From positions 74,007 through 138,006 of the forward strand of contig JANGFR010000002.1 in the NCBI GenBank assembly GCA_024707015.1: a DNA stretch of 64,000 nt. The letters are read 5' to 3'. This DNA is from Candidatus Culexarchaeum yellowstonense. GTDB lineage: Archaea; Thermoproteota; Methanomethylicia; Culexarchaeales; Culexarchaeaceae. The stretch's first letter is position 1. Every line of letters begins with the position of its first letter. Below are positions 1 to 10,043 of this stretch, piece by piece. Made by a program: the position numbers and the translations under genes. Under the pieces are notes generated by a model. The model had not been told where the DNA came from. It did not search any database and saw only the letters and a list, made by a program, of their open reading frames with translations.

Positions 1-678
1 GAATCCTACCCTCTTAACGATAGATATCATGAATGCGTATAGTGCGTAATCAAATTTTGTATATAGGTCTTTTCTTGATTTTGCTGTGGATAGCATTTCA
101 AGTATGTTTTGTGGTGTTGTGGTGAGTGTTTTGTTTTGGAATTGGCAGAGCATGATCATGTTTGGGAGGTCTTCAGGTTCTTTGAAGAGGGTTGTGTAGA
201 GGACTAATGTTTCCAGTTCAGGCAGTTTAAGCAGTCTACCAACAATCTCTTCTTCGAAATGTGCTTTGGCTTCTGCCTCCTTGGTGTGGTTGAATTCGAA
301 GGCTAAGAATAGTGTGGTTGAATCTGATAGCATGTCACTCTCGCTTTTAAACACTTTACTTACATCGCACCAGTATCTTTCAGCTCTTGGGTCTAGGTGG
401 AGGCTCCACCTAGCTCGTGTATCTGCTCTGCAAGCAGCCATTTCAGCACTATTCTTACCCTCCATCATCCCATCTCTACCACTGAACTCATATATGGCTA
501 GATACTTTATACCTCCACTCAGTGAGATGAAGCGTCTTGCAGTAATGAGGTTTGGAACTTTTAGAAGGTCTGGGAGATGCACATTATTATACCATCTATT
601 AAAATCCCCCTCCAACTCCGGCGTTTTAAAGTGTAATCGAACAATATATACTGGTTTCATTCCAAGAGACCTCAACAT
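1..678 (-). CDS. EthD/DUF4286-like dimeric alpha-beta barrel protein, 3' end runs off the window (absent from ORF track)
   Basis: Hand translation gives an open frame from ATG 678 (or 660) to base 1: MKPVYIVRLHFKTPELEGDFNRWYNNVHLPDLLKVPNLITARRFISLSGGIKYLAIYEF...; the FNRWY..H.P....P....ARRF...YLAIYE pattern is typical of this family. Confidence 0.65.
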   Translation of the reverse strand, partial: MLRSLGMKPVYIVRLHFKTPELEGDFNRWYNNVHLPDLLKVPNLITARRFISLSGGIKYLAIYEFSGRDGMMEGKNSAEMAACRADTRARWSLHLDPRAERYWCDVSKVFKSESDMLSDSTTLFLAFEFNHTKEAEAKAHFEEEIVGRLLKLPELETLVLYTTLFKEPEDLPNMIMLCQFQNKTLTTTPQNILEMLSTAKSRKDLYTKFDYALYAFMISIVKRVGF

Positions 679-897
679 ATAGTTTAAGGGTGATTAACGT
701 ATATAAGGTTTGCAATTTCATTAATGCATGATCATAATACCCCCAAATGTTGAAAAATTCAAAAATTTATGATGGTGATCCCTAGAATCCTTAACATCAT
801 AATTACTTAGCCTTTTCCATTGAAATTGGGTATGCAAGAATCTAAGAGTAAGGAGAACATAATGTTATATGGAGCTTAAATAATCTTTGGGGGTGTA

Positions 898-1536
898 ATG
901 TTGGAGAAGTATGATTTGGCAATTGTTTTGGGATCTCAAGTTAAAAAGCGGGATAATAGGTACTTTTTGGCGCCTCATACAGAACTTAAAGCGAGAGCAG
1001 CTGGAATAGCTTATCAAAGGGGGGTTGTTAAAAAGTTTATCATTTCTGGTGGATACAACTTTGGAGTTAGATATGAGTATAACAGGATACTGGAAAATCC
1101 AAACTTTTCCTTTGAAGCTTTTGCTCTCGCAAGATGGGAGAAATCGGAAGCCCAAATAATTGCTGAATTTCTTCATGAGGAATATAATGTCCCCTTACAA
1201 GACATGCTCTTAGAAGAACTCTCAGCAACCACCGAGGAAAATGTGGAATTTCTAAAAATCTTACTGAAAAGACAAACCTTTAACTTTGCAAAGAGGATTG
1301 GAGTTTTAACACTCCTCCCCCACATGGAAAGAGCATTACCACTATTCAAAAGAGCCAATCTAAATGTGAAACCAATCTTCGCCGAAGAACTACTAGTCCT
1401 CGAAAAATATGGAGTTGACAAGATATGCGAATATTACTCAATACCCTCAGATAAGGAGGAAGAGAAAATGAAGAGAATAGAAGAGCTAATTTCAAAATGT
1501 AAAGAAGTATCACAGCGGTTTTATTTGCTTCGATAA
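898..1536 (+). CDS. YdcF/DUF218 family protein
   Basis: AIVLG, IISGG, SEAQIIAEFL, LEELSATTEEN and HMERA motifs. Confidence 0.85.
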   Translation: MLEKYDLAIVLGSQVKKRDNRYFLAPHTELKARAAGIAYQRGVVKKFIISGGYNFGVRYEYNRILENPNFSFEAFALARWEKSEAQIIAEFLHEEYNVPLQDMLLEELSATTEENVEFLKILLKRQTFNFAKRIGVLTLLPHMERALPLFKRANLNVKPIFAEELLVLEKYGVDKICEYYSIPSDKEEEKMKRIEELISKCKEVSQRFYLLR

Positions 1537-1580
1537 TATGCAATTCTGTAATAAACATGTGAGAATGTTAGCTACATGGG

Positions 1581-2759
1581 CTATTGCGAATAATCATGGA
1601 ATGATGGTGGAGTAAATCTCGCTTTATTGGGGGATCTTTTACGTGTTCTTCGTATTATTATTGGTATTGAGGCGCATGAAGCTACAATCAATATTATCCC
1701 AATTATGGTTGTGGGCGTTAAGTCTATCTTGAAAATGTTGAAGCTGGATTCGGCTATCTTATCAACTATATTGAATTTTATTTGCATATATTCAACAACA
1801 TCACCTGCAGTAAGAGGACGTACAACGTATGGTAAACCCTCATTGGTGTAGAGGGCCTTACGGCCTTCAATAGTATACTCCATGAGGTTTAGGTTTGCTA
1901 TTCTGCTCTTTAGTATACCGTATTCAAAGGGTAGTTTAATTTCAACTATTTCAGCTTCATAAGTGCATCTTTGAAGCCCACCAGTCTCAGGGTCAGTGTA
2001 GTACAGTAAATGTATGGATACACCGCTTCCATAATTAGATTTAGGATGTGTTGTAATTGGATTTGTTAGATTTAGTAGTTTAAATATGTCTAGAATGTAT
2101 GTGTTTCCTGGTTTGAAGTTGAAGTAGTTTTTCACAAATCTACTGACTGTTAGCATAGCGAAGTTGCTGGTGTCAGTTATTTGCAAACTGATTTTATCTC
2201 CTAAGCGTAGGAAATTTTTCGTCACTATGGACATAAACCCTTCATTAGGCTTTAATTTGAAAAATGCATCTACAATTTCATCTGGATTTAAATTGCTTAT
2301 GGTGCAAGTATACGTTACTTGTGTAGGACTTATCCAAGATTTCACCATATTTTTGAACTGTATCCCCATGTGATATTCGAGAGATTTGGTTATATTGTAG
2401 ATGTATGCATCAATATCCCTATCATCAACAATGCCTTTTATGACAAAGTTGCTATAAAAGGTTAATTCACTAGAACCCACAATATATGTGAACATCGTAG
2501 AATAAGTTGCACCAGCAACTCTAGGTAAAATGGGAGACAACTCAACCCCATTGAACATAATGCTAAAATAAACATCACCACTATAGTACACGGTTACATG
2601 AATATGTTCGAATGATTTCTCAAAATCAACCTGAGATGGGAAAACCACATTTGACATTGGAAATGAAAATGCATACAAATAGCTATAGTTAAGAGTACCA
2701 ATAAATGTAAAAGCAATCAATATTGCAATTAACTTTACGTGAAGACTTCTCAACATCAA
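1581..2759 (-). CDS. hypothetical secreted protein with C-terminal membrane anchor
   Basis: 392 aa ORF; hydrophobic N-terminus; C-terminal TM helix followed by basic RRTRKR; TATATATA box upstream (~2796-2805). Confidence 0.7.
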   Translation of the reverse strand: MMLRSLHVKLIAILIAFTFIGTLNYSYLYAFSFPMSNVVFPSQVDFEKSFEHIHVTVYYSGDVYFSIMFNGVELSPILPRVAGATYSTMFTYIVGSSELTFYSNFVIKGIVDDRDIDAYIYNITKSLEYHMGIQFKNMVKSWISPTQVTYTCTISNLNPDEIVDAFFKLKPNEGFMSIVTKNFLRLGDKISLQITDTSNFAMLTVSRFVKNYFNFKPGNTYILDIFKLLNLTNPITTHPKSNYGSGVSIHLLYYTDPETGGLQRCTYEAEIVEIKLPFEYGILKSRIANLNLMEYTIEGRKALYTNEGLPYVVRPLTAGDVVEYMQIKFNIVDKIAESSFNIFKIDLTPTTIIGIILIVASCASIPIIIRRTRKRSPNKARFTPPSFHDYSQ

Positions 2760-2971
2760 ATGACTATTTATTTCAAGAAAATTTAAAATTTACCATATAT
2801 ATATTAACATGTTCATTGTAAAGGAATAAATTATACGCAAATGCATAATTTTGCTGATTTTCATATCTTTGTGCATTGCATTTATAGCAGCAAAGGATAC
2901 TATAATATTACTTTCATTTCTAACATTAATATCGATTACATCAGCCTTACGCATCAAGTATTATACTGTAA

Positions 2972-3312
2972 CTTAATGGATTAACGTTCACACAATTAAT
3001 ATACAATGCTTCAAATGCAATTTCAGCATTAATACCGGAGATACTTAGTGAAACAAGGCTTAAAGTCATCACAGCAATAAGGATGCTCACACCAGACCAA
3101 CACTACAACAATTTCAGCATGAACATCCTAAATGCTAAGATGGCTTTAGACCCATTTGGAATATTCCCAAGGGGACACCGCCTGGAAGATCCCTAACCAT
3201 AATTGAAAGCTTAGCAATATCATGGCCAAACCTAGCAATAATAACATCAATACTAATAGCATTCATAGCAGCATCCTACATAAAATTCCTAAGAGAAGAA
3301 GTGAGATGTTAA
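2972..3312 (+). pseudogene. 5'-truncated, frameshifted remnant of an ABC-2-type transporter permease
   Basis: Frame ...RLKVITAIRMLTPDQHYNNFSMNILN...GIFPR joins, if one G is added to the G4 run at 3171-3174, GTPPGRSLTIIESLAISWPNLAIITSILIAFIAASYIKFLREEVRC*, a typical permease C-terminus; no start codon or N-terminal region. Confidence 0.55.
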
Positions 3313-3399
3313 ATGGAGATTCAAATTTACGTGTATTATAATTTCTTTAAGTGGAATTATAAAAAGTTGTGGTGTTTTTGTGCAGTCTCCTTTTTGAAT

Positions 3400-4425
3400 T
3401 TATTTTTGTGAGGTTTTCTTTATTTTTGGTTTTGCAGGTTTTTCAGGTATAATTCCTTGGGGACGAAACATTATCACTAGTATGAGTGCTAGGGCTAGTA
3501 GTATTTGTTCAAGCCAGACAACTGAGAATGGTACGTATGCTTCAAGTGAATACTTGTAGTATGTTATGACTCGTCTAAATATGATTACTATGGCCACTCC
3601 TACTAATGCTCCAATATTATTTCCCATTCCACCAATCATGGCCATTAACCAAGGCCAGAAAGTCCAATCAGTTCTAGTATATGCAGCAGCCATTACAGTA
3701 CCACAATAGAAGCTCCAAAGGGAACCTGCAATACCAGCAATCGCCGACCCCAACATCATTATCTGAATTTTAACTTTCACAACATCTTTCCCTACACATT
3801 CAGCTGTAAGTTCATTTTCTCTAACAGCCTTTATCAATCTCCCATAAGGCGATGAAACCAAATATTGAAGGAAGAAGAATATTAGTATTGAAATTGCCAG
3901 TATTAGTATTATTAGGAATTGGGATGCTATGTCACCCATCCATATGAAAACGTTTGGAACTGAAACCCATGCTGTTCCTCCAACAAGGGGGGTGTAATTT
4001 AACCCTATAATCCTAGCAGCTTCAGCCATAGCTATTAGAACCATCATTAAATAATCAGCTCTCAACCTTATCGCTGGATATGAAGCTATAAACCCTATAA
4101 TTGCACTTATGATGATCACTAATATTATGGTTGAGAAGAATATTGCCAAGCCCTTCAACGGATCATTCCTCACAACATTGTTAATCATACTTATAATCAT
4201 GGGGTTATACATTATGTAGTCTAAATCGCTTCTTACGCCACATATCCACATTCCAATTCTACCAGCCAGCGCACCAGTAACATAAGCCCCGGTAGCTACG
4301 GATAAAGCTAATCCAAAGTTTGGTATACCAGTATATCCATATTGCAGGTTTAACGCTAATGTAACTATTAGGTATACGGCGAAGAACACTATGATGTCAA
4401 GCAGCCAGCCTATACTTTCCATCAA
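3400..4425 (-). CDS. livM: branched-chain amino acid ABC transporter permease (LivM-type)
   Basis: LNLQYGYTGIPNFG, RLRADYL, SPYGRLIKAVRENE motifs; operon context. Confidence 0.9.
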   Translation of the reverse strand: MMESIGWLLDIIVFFAVYLIVTLALNLQYGYTGIPNFGLALSVATGAYVTGALAGRIGMWICGVRSDLDYIMYNPMIISMINNVVRNDPLKGLAIFFSTIILVIIISAIIGFIASYPAIRLRADYLMMVLIAMAEAARIIGLNYTPLVGGTAWVSVPNVFIWMGDIASQFLIILILAISILIFFFLQYLVSSPYGRLIKAVRENELTAECVGKDVVKVKIQIMMLGSAIAGIAGSLWSFYCGTVMAAAYTRTDWTFWPWLMAMIGGMGNNIGALVGVAIVIIFRRVITYYKYSLEAYVPFSVVWLEQILLALALILVIMFRPQGIIPEKPAKPKIKKTSQK

Positions 4426-5375
4426 CCTTGCCCACCTCTAATTTTAGCCATAGCCTTTGAAGCTCTCCTCGCTTGAATATCCTCTATTAAGCCAGTTATC
4501 CCCCTTGGGAATAGCAATAGTACTATACACATTATTGTTAAGGGTATTAGGGATCTATATCCAGTTAGCTGTGCCCCAAAAGTTTGAGCTAAGAGATATG
4601 TTCCAAGTATTTCAGTTAAACCTATTATGTATGCTCCGATCATTGCACCATAAATGCTGGATATACCTCCAAGTATAGATGCTGCGAAAACGCTGGTCAT
4701 TAGCATACTTCCAGTATATGGGTGTCCCTGAAACCAGAGGGGCAATAGTGATCCTGCAATTCCAGCTATCCCAGCAGTTAACATCCATGAAATTGTGCAA
4801 GCCAATTCCACATTAACCCCCAAAATGGAAGCTAAACTTGGATCTTCAACAACAGCTCTAAGGGATATGCCAAACTTAGTTCTCGTCAACATTAAATGGA
4901 GAAGTATTATTAAAGTTAGGAGGAAAATTGTTGAAACCACAAGGACTCCAGGCAACCCCATAAACTCAAAATCCAAATGTCTAAATAGGAAAAGTCTTGA
5001 GTAGGATCCTACCATTGGATACAGATAATCTGCATATATATTCAATAGTGCGGAAATCATTATTTGCATAGCCAATGTAGATATGGTTAATGAAATCATA
5101 GTTCCACCAAACCTTTTCAGAGTTCTTAAGACGCCATTATATATTAGGGCACCGGAGAACGCGGATATTAGGAAGGCTATTGGCACAGCCACATATGGAT
5201 TAGACTTCCAAACTTGAGCTACAGTAAACGTTATGTAAACGCCAATACCAGCAAATTCCCCATGAGCAAAATTGGGTATTTTTGCTATTAAGTAGGTTAA
5301 AGTGAAACCGACAGTTAACATGAATAATAGATTTGCATACATCAATGCATCTTCTATTAATGCTGGTGGAATCAT
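4422..5375 (-). CDS. livH: branched-chain amino acid ABC transporter permease (LivH-type)
   Basis: GFTLTY..AKIPNFAHG, TKFGISLRAVVED, ILGGISS motifs; ATGA overlaps with neighbours. Confidence 0.9.
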   Translation of the reverse strand: MIPPALIEDALMYANLLFMLTVGFTLTYLIAKIPNFAHGEFAGIGVYITFTVAQVWKSNPYVAVPIAFLISAFSGALIYNGVLRTLKRFGGTMISLTISTLAMQIMISALLNIYADYLYPMVGSYSRLFLFRHLDFEFMGLPGVLVVSTIFLLTLIILLHLMLTRTKFGISLRAVVEDPSLASILGVNVELACTISWMLTAGIAGIAGSLLPLWFQGHPYTGSMLMTSVFAASILGGISSIYGAMIGAYIIGLTEILGTYLLAQTFGAQLTGYRSLIPLTIMCIVLLLFPRGITGLIEDIQARRASKAMAKIRGGQG

Positions 5376-6085
5376 AATTTCTTCACCCCAAGATAAAGCT
5401 TCCCCAATTCAGGATGCTCTAAGAGCTCTTTCGAGCTACCCTCATATATTACTCTGCCAGAAACAAGTAGGTAGGCTCTATCACTCACTTCCAAAGCCTT
5501 CCTTGCCACTTGCTCCACCAACAGTATTGTTAGCTTGGACTGCTCTCTCAACTCAATAATTTTATTTAAAACTTCAGTGGCTATCTTTGGTGCAAGATTA
5601 CCAGTAGGCTCATCAAGCATTATAAATTTGGATTTCATTATGAGTGCCATAGCCATTGAAAGCATCTGCCTCTCGCCACCACTAAAAGTTTTAACCTTCC
5701 TATCTAGACAAGCTTTAAGGAATGGGAAAACGCTCAAAGCGTATTCCAATCTATCATTAAACTCACTCTTATCCAGAGTTAAACCAGCCATTATTAGATT
5801 CTCCTTTACAGTTAGATTTGTGAATACATTTCCAATTTGTGGTATGTATGCTAATCCAAGTCTTGCCTTCTCATCAGGTCTAAGTTTAGTGATATCTTTA
5901 CCATCAAAAATTATTCTTCCACCATATATTGTTGTAAGCCCCATTATAGTCTTCAACAAAGTACTCTTACCACTACCATTAGGACCGAGTACAGTAACTA
6001 TCTCATTATTGTTAACCTTGAGGTTAACATCGTATAGTATGTGTAGCTTACCATAACCAGCATTAAGGTTATCAACTTCTATCAT
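5372..6085 (-). CDS. livF: branched-chain amino acid ABC transporter ATPase (LivF-type)
   Basis: Walker A GPNGSGKS, signature FSGGERQML, LDEPTGNLAP, LLVEQ. Confidence 0.92.
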   Translation of the reverse strand: MIEVDNLNAGYGKLHILYDVNLKVNNNEIVTVLGPNGSGKSTLLKTIMGLTTIYGGRIIFDGKDITKLRPDEKARLGLAYIPQIGNVFTNLTVKENLIMAGLTLDKSEFNDRLEYALSVFPFLKACLDRKVKTFSGGERQMLSMAMALIMKSKFIMLDEPTGNLAPKIATEVLNKIIELREQSKLTILLVEQVARKALEVSDRAYLLVSGRVIYEGSSKELLEHPELGKLYLGVKKL

Positions 6086-6846
6086 GCAACACCACCAAGA
6101 TAAGCTTCAATAACTTTTTCATCGTTAAATACTTTCTCAGGACTACCTTGTGAAATTATTCTACCCATATGCATTGCATAAACATAATCCACATAATCCA
6201 AAGCTACATCTAGCCTATGTTCAACAATTAGTAAGGTTACTCCAAGCTCATCTTTAATCTTCCTTAAATTCTGGAATATTTTATGGGCTAAAACTGGATT
6301 CACACTCCCAGCAGGTTCATCCATAACTATCATCTTTGGATCAGCCATTAAAGCCCTACCAATCTCAAGAAGTTTCAATTGACCACCGCTCAATGTGAAA
6401 GCAAGTTTATCATAAGAATCTGAAAGTTCGAGTAGGTCAAGAATCCTAAAAGCTTTATCCAAAGCTTCACTTTCACTTCTAATCCAAGAATTCTTGAAAA
6501 TGCATTTAAAAATGCTCTCACCAGGATTACTCTGATATGCCAATAATAGATTCTCCAGGACAGTTAACTTGTATAGTGGAGAAGGTATTTGAAATGTTGG
6601 AACTAAACCCATCTTAACCCTCTCATGAGGCTTCCTCCCAGTAATATCAACATTACCATATATCACCTTGCCATATTCAGGCTTATAAACTCCAACAATG
6701 CAGTTGAGTAGTGTCGTTTTACCACTACCATTTGGGCCTACTAGTAATGTTATCCTCCCCTTCTCAACAATCATAGATACATTGTCAACGGCTCTAAACT
6801 CCCCAAACTTCTTGGTTAAATCTTTAACTTCAAGCATAACTTCCAT
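6082..6846 (-). CDS. livG: branched-chain amino acid ABC transporter ATPase (LivG-type)
   Basis: GPNGSGKT, LSGGQLKLLEIGRAL, DEPAG, VEH, C-terminal VIEAYLG. Confidence 0.92.
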   Translation of the reverse strand: MEVMLEVKDLTKKFGEFRAVDNVSMIVEKGRITLLVGPNGSGKTTLLNCIVGVYKPEYGKVIYGNVDITGRKPHERVKMGLVPTFQIPSPLYKLTVLENLLLAYQSNPGESIFKCIFKNSWIRSESEALDKAFRILDLLELSDSYDKLAFTLSGGQLKLLEIGRALMADPKMIVMDEPAGSVNPVLAHKIFQNLRKIKDELGVTLLIVEHRLDVALDYVDYVYAMHMGRIISQGSPEKVFNDEKVIEAYLGGVA

Positions 6847-6893
6847 ATCAAACCCGCCTCCCTCTAAACATATAAAAAAGGTTTTAATGTTGT

Positions 6894-8279
6894 TTAATGG
6901 AGTTTGTAGTTGGCATAATTGACGATTACGTGATATTCTCCAGCACTAGAAGATCCAAGTGTTGGTTTTAAGAACCACTTTATAGCTCCGGTAGTGGCAC
7001 TATATGATCCAATTATAGCCCATGCCAGCCTCTCTCCACCAACAGTTACATTGTAGTAATAAACGAAAGTTGCATATTTAGCTTCACTCTCTTTTATAAC
7101 AGCCCAGAGATCATAATCCATAGCTGCCCTATCACCATTCTCATCCAATAAGCACCATCCACTAGCACCAAAATACCTAGCGGCAACATCAGGTAGTATC
7201 TTCTTGAGAACCGTAGTATCTGTGGTGGCGGCTTCAAGAATAGCCTTTGCAACAAGCCATATACTATCATAAAGGCATATGGCATACGTTCCTGGAACGT
7301 ATCCCACTTTTGCTCTATGCTTCTCTGCAAAGTTCATTCTAAGTGTGGAATTGGTGGTGGTGGCATATGTGCATATATGTCTAACTACAAATGCGTATTG
7401 TCCAGCTTCTTCCACCAATCTATCACTCCATACATGTCCATCGGATCCAAACCATAATACTGACATTAATGCTGGATAATCCTTCGCTTGTGATTGAACC
7501 ACTGCAACTTCATCAAACCCTAAGAATAAAAATCCAACTTTATCCTTACCATAAGTCTTAATTGCGCTATCAATCTTAGATGCTAAAACAGCCAGTTCAG
7601 CTGAAAACTCTGTTTTCTCAGGATCATATCTAACCCTCTCAATAATTGTTCCCCCAAGCTTCTTGAAGTTTTCCTCTACAACAGAATATAACCCATCACC
7701 CCAAGTATCAGCTCTCTGTAAAACCGCTATTGCCTTCACACCATAATCAGTTATTATCTTAGGTATCACAACACCCTGCACAGTATCAGGGGTTGGTAAT
7801 CTAAAGACGAAGTCATCTGCTATACGTAGTAGCGGTGAAGTTGAACCATCACTTATAACTAGAATTTTATTTGCCTGTATATAATCATAGCATGCCCTTA
7901 TATGGCTGCTAAACCTCCAACCAACAACTATTCTTATGCCCTTAGCATATAGGCTTTGAAGCTTCTCGAGCGCCTTTGTAGCTGATCCCTCAGCATTCTC
8001 AATATAAGCCTTAAATGTTATTGGCAATCCAAGGGCTTTAACATAATTGTTTACTTCCTCTATTGCGATATTAACAGTAGTTCCTTCAGTTTCCATATAC
8101 CCTGTATCCGCAACCATTACTCCTATTGGTATTTCACCCTTCAATGGGTAAACGGGTTTTTCAACAACCTTCTCCTGAATCTTTGGAGGAGCCATATAAT
8201 ATCCAATTGGATATCCTATGACTATCCCCACAACAAGCAACACTATAAATAATATTGGAGTTGTTTTTGCACTTTGCAT
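6894..8279 (-). CDS. livK: membrane-anchored ABC substrate-binding protein (LivJ/K family)
   Basis: N-terminal TM anchor; GSTSPLL..ADDFVFRL, YDSIWL and LDENGDR motifs; heads the liv operon. Confidence 0.85.
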   Translation of the reverse strand: MQSAKTTPILFIVLLVVGIVIGYPIGYYMAPPKIQEKVVEKPVYPLKGEIPIGVMVADTGYMETEGTTVNIAIEEVNNYVKALGLPITFKAYIENAEGSATKALEKLQSLYAKGIRIVVGWRFSSHIRACYDYIQANKILVISDGSTSPLLRIADDFVFRLPTPDTVQGVVIPKIITDYGVKAIAVLQRADTWGDGLYSVVEENFKKLGGTIIERVRYDPEKTEFSAELAVLASKIDSAIKTYGKDKVGFLFLGFDEVAVVQSQAKDYPALMSVLWFGSDGHVWSDRLVEEAGQYAFVVRHICTYATTTNSTLRMNFAEKHRAKVGYVPGTYAICLYDSIWLVAKAILEAATTDTTVLKKILPDVAARYFGASGWCLLDENGDRAAMDYDLWAVIKESEAKYATFVYYYNVTVGGERLAWAIIGSYSATTGAIKWFLKPTLGSSSAGEYHVIVNYANYKLH

Positions 8280-8368
8280 ATAGTACCAATAAATACTAGT
8301 AGGTGATAAACATCATTTAAAGCTTACGTTATATATGTAGCAAAATTTTCTATCATTTCAACTTTATG

Positions 8369-8394
8369 TTATGTAAAACGTAATCATTACATAA
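8369..8394. promoter_or_regulatory. inverted repeat TTATGTAA-N10-TTACATAA in the divergent livK/antiporter promoter region, candidate operator
   Basis: Perfect 8-bp arms at 8369-8376 and 8387-8394; AT-rich context lowers significance. Confidence 0.3.
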
Positions 8395-8428
8395 ATTTTA
8401 ATATTCCATTGGCTACTATAAATTTCCA

Positions 8429-9625
8429 GTGTTTTGTATGTTTAGTGATGATGTGTTGTTGATGTTTTTGTTGGTTTTCATGTTTGGTGCTTCTTATTTG
8501 TTGCATTTCTTGTTGGATAGGTTTCATTTGCCCAGTTTGCTTGCCCCTCTACTTGTTGGTTTAGTGTTTAGGCTTGTTCCACAATTTTCTTGGGTTGGAA
8601 AGTATGCTTCTAGTGGTGAGCTTGGTTTCCTCTCCAGTTTGGGTATTATGCTCTTGATATTTCTTGTGGGTGTGAGGGTTGATGTTAATGAGTTTAAGAG
8701 GCAGTCTTTAAATATGGTTTCCATAGCCATATTGAATATACTTTTCTCAACTTTGATTGGTATGCTTGTGCTCTTATATTATGGTTATTCATTGTTGATT
8801 TCAGCTTTGATATCTAGTGCTCTTGCAACTGTGGCTGAGGCTACGATTGCACCTATACTTGATGAGCTTGATGTTATTAGGAGTAGGAGTGCCAATTTGA
8901 TTTTGGGTCCTGGGATTTTGGATGATGTTTTGGAGATTGCCACTGCATCTATAGCTTCAGTTATGGTTGGGAGTATGGGGGCCTTCAATCCATCCATGAT
9001 ACTATTAGGGGTATTTGTATTGCTTATTCTTGCCATCATATTTCATAGGTTAATCCTCCCAACACTTGCATCCCTTGAGGTTGAAGCTAGAGCGTATAGT
9101 TTAACTATGCTTATGATTGTTGTGGCATTGACATTCACTTTAATCTCTGAATATTTTAGTCTTGGAATACTTCTTGGGGCTGTGACTGCAGGTATAGTTT
9201 TCCAGAAGTTTATATCGAAGTCTGGTGGTGAATGTGTTAAACTGCTTAGAGCTCTAGCCTATGGGTTTCTGGGACCAGTATTCTTCTTCACCATAGGTTT
9301 GAGCATAACCCCTGAGAGCATAGTTGAGAGTGCCATGCTAACTTTATGGCTTGTATTGGCTAATTTTGCTGGTAAGTTTGCTTCAACGATTATTGTGGGG
9401 GTTTATGCTAAGATGAATTGGAAGGAGAATGTGGTTGTGGGTATGGGGTTGAGTGCAAAGTTTTCCATGGGCATAATACCTGCACAAATACTATATTCGG
9501 CTGGTTTAATCGATGAAGCATTATTCACATCATTTGTTGGAGTCTCCGCAATAACCACTATGACCATACCCTTCACATTATCATACATTGTGAAGAGGTG
9601 GAGGGAGGATATAATTAACCCTTAA
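8429..9625 (+). CDS. cation:proton antiporter (CPA2/KefB-NapA family)
   Basis: Many TM helices; LGIMLLIFLVG, ILGPGILDD, PVFFFTIG and NFAGK motifs. Confidence 0.85.
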   Translation: MFCMFSDDVLLMFLLVFMFGASYLLHFLLDRFHLPSLLAPLLVGLVFRLVPQFSWVGKYASSGELGFLSSLGIMLLIFLVGVRVDVNEFKRQSLNMVSIAILNILFSTLIGMLVLLYYGYSLLISALISSALATVAEATIAPILDELDVIRSRSANLILGPGILDDVLEIATASIASVMVGSMGAFNPSMILLGVFVLLILAIIFHRLILPTLASLEVEARAYSLTMLMIVVALTFTLISEYFSLGILLGAVTAGIVFQKFISKSGGECVKLLRALAYGFLGPVFFFTIGLSITPESIVESAMLTLWLVLANFAGKFASTIIVGVYAKMNWKENVVVGMGLSAKFSMGIIPAQILYSAGLIDEALFTSFVGVSAITTMTIPFTLSYIVKRWREDIINP

Positions 9626-9642
9626 TATGGTATAGGCGTAGT

Positions 9643-9981
9643 TTACCAGACCTTGGAACCCAGTGGAACTTCATCCCCAACTGTTATGAGGTGAACCTTC
9701 CCATCAGCCTCCTCAGCAACTATTAGCATGGCTTGACTCTCCACATCAGCAATCTTCTTAGGCTTTAAATTAACAACGAAAATCATCTTCTTACCCATGA
9801 GATCTTCTGGTTGATATTGATCTCCTATACCTGCCACTACAATTCTGGTTTCATCGCCGAAATCCACTGAAAGTTTTATTAGCTTCCTAGTTCTCGGAAT
9901 CCTCTCAGCACTCTTGACAAGTCCAACCCTCATCCTAAACTTCCAGAATTCTTCAACATCAAATAATTCATGTGTGGACAA
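9643..9981 (-). CDS. tRNA-binding / CsaA-like OB-fold protein
   Basis: RVG.V..AE, KLIKL.VDFG, VVAGI, VVNLKPKKI..VESQAM motifs. Confidence 0.88.
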   Translation of the reverse strand: MSTHELFDVEEFWKFRMRVGLVKSAERIPRTRKLIKLSVDFGDETRIVVAGIGDQYQPEDLMGKKMIFVVNLKPKKIADVESQAMLIVAEEADGKVHLITVGDEVPLGSKVW

Positions 9982-10043
9982 TACTATTCACCGTTAAAAA
10001 TTTAATGTTTATTTAGTAGATAACGCTTCTCATTCAATTGATG

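Noticed and set aside
393..413. Near-perfect palindrome CTAGGTGGAG-G-CTCCACCTAG
   Set aside because: Single copy inside an intact reading frame, with no flanking repeats or T-tract; no function can be supported
266..682. 138-aa + strand ORF from the track
   Set aside because: Antisense shadow of the minus-strand EthD/DUF4286-like gene, which has recognisable motifs
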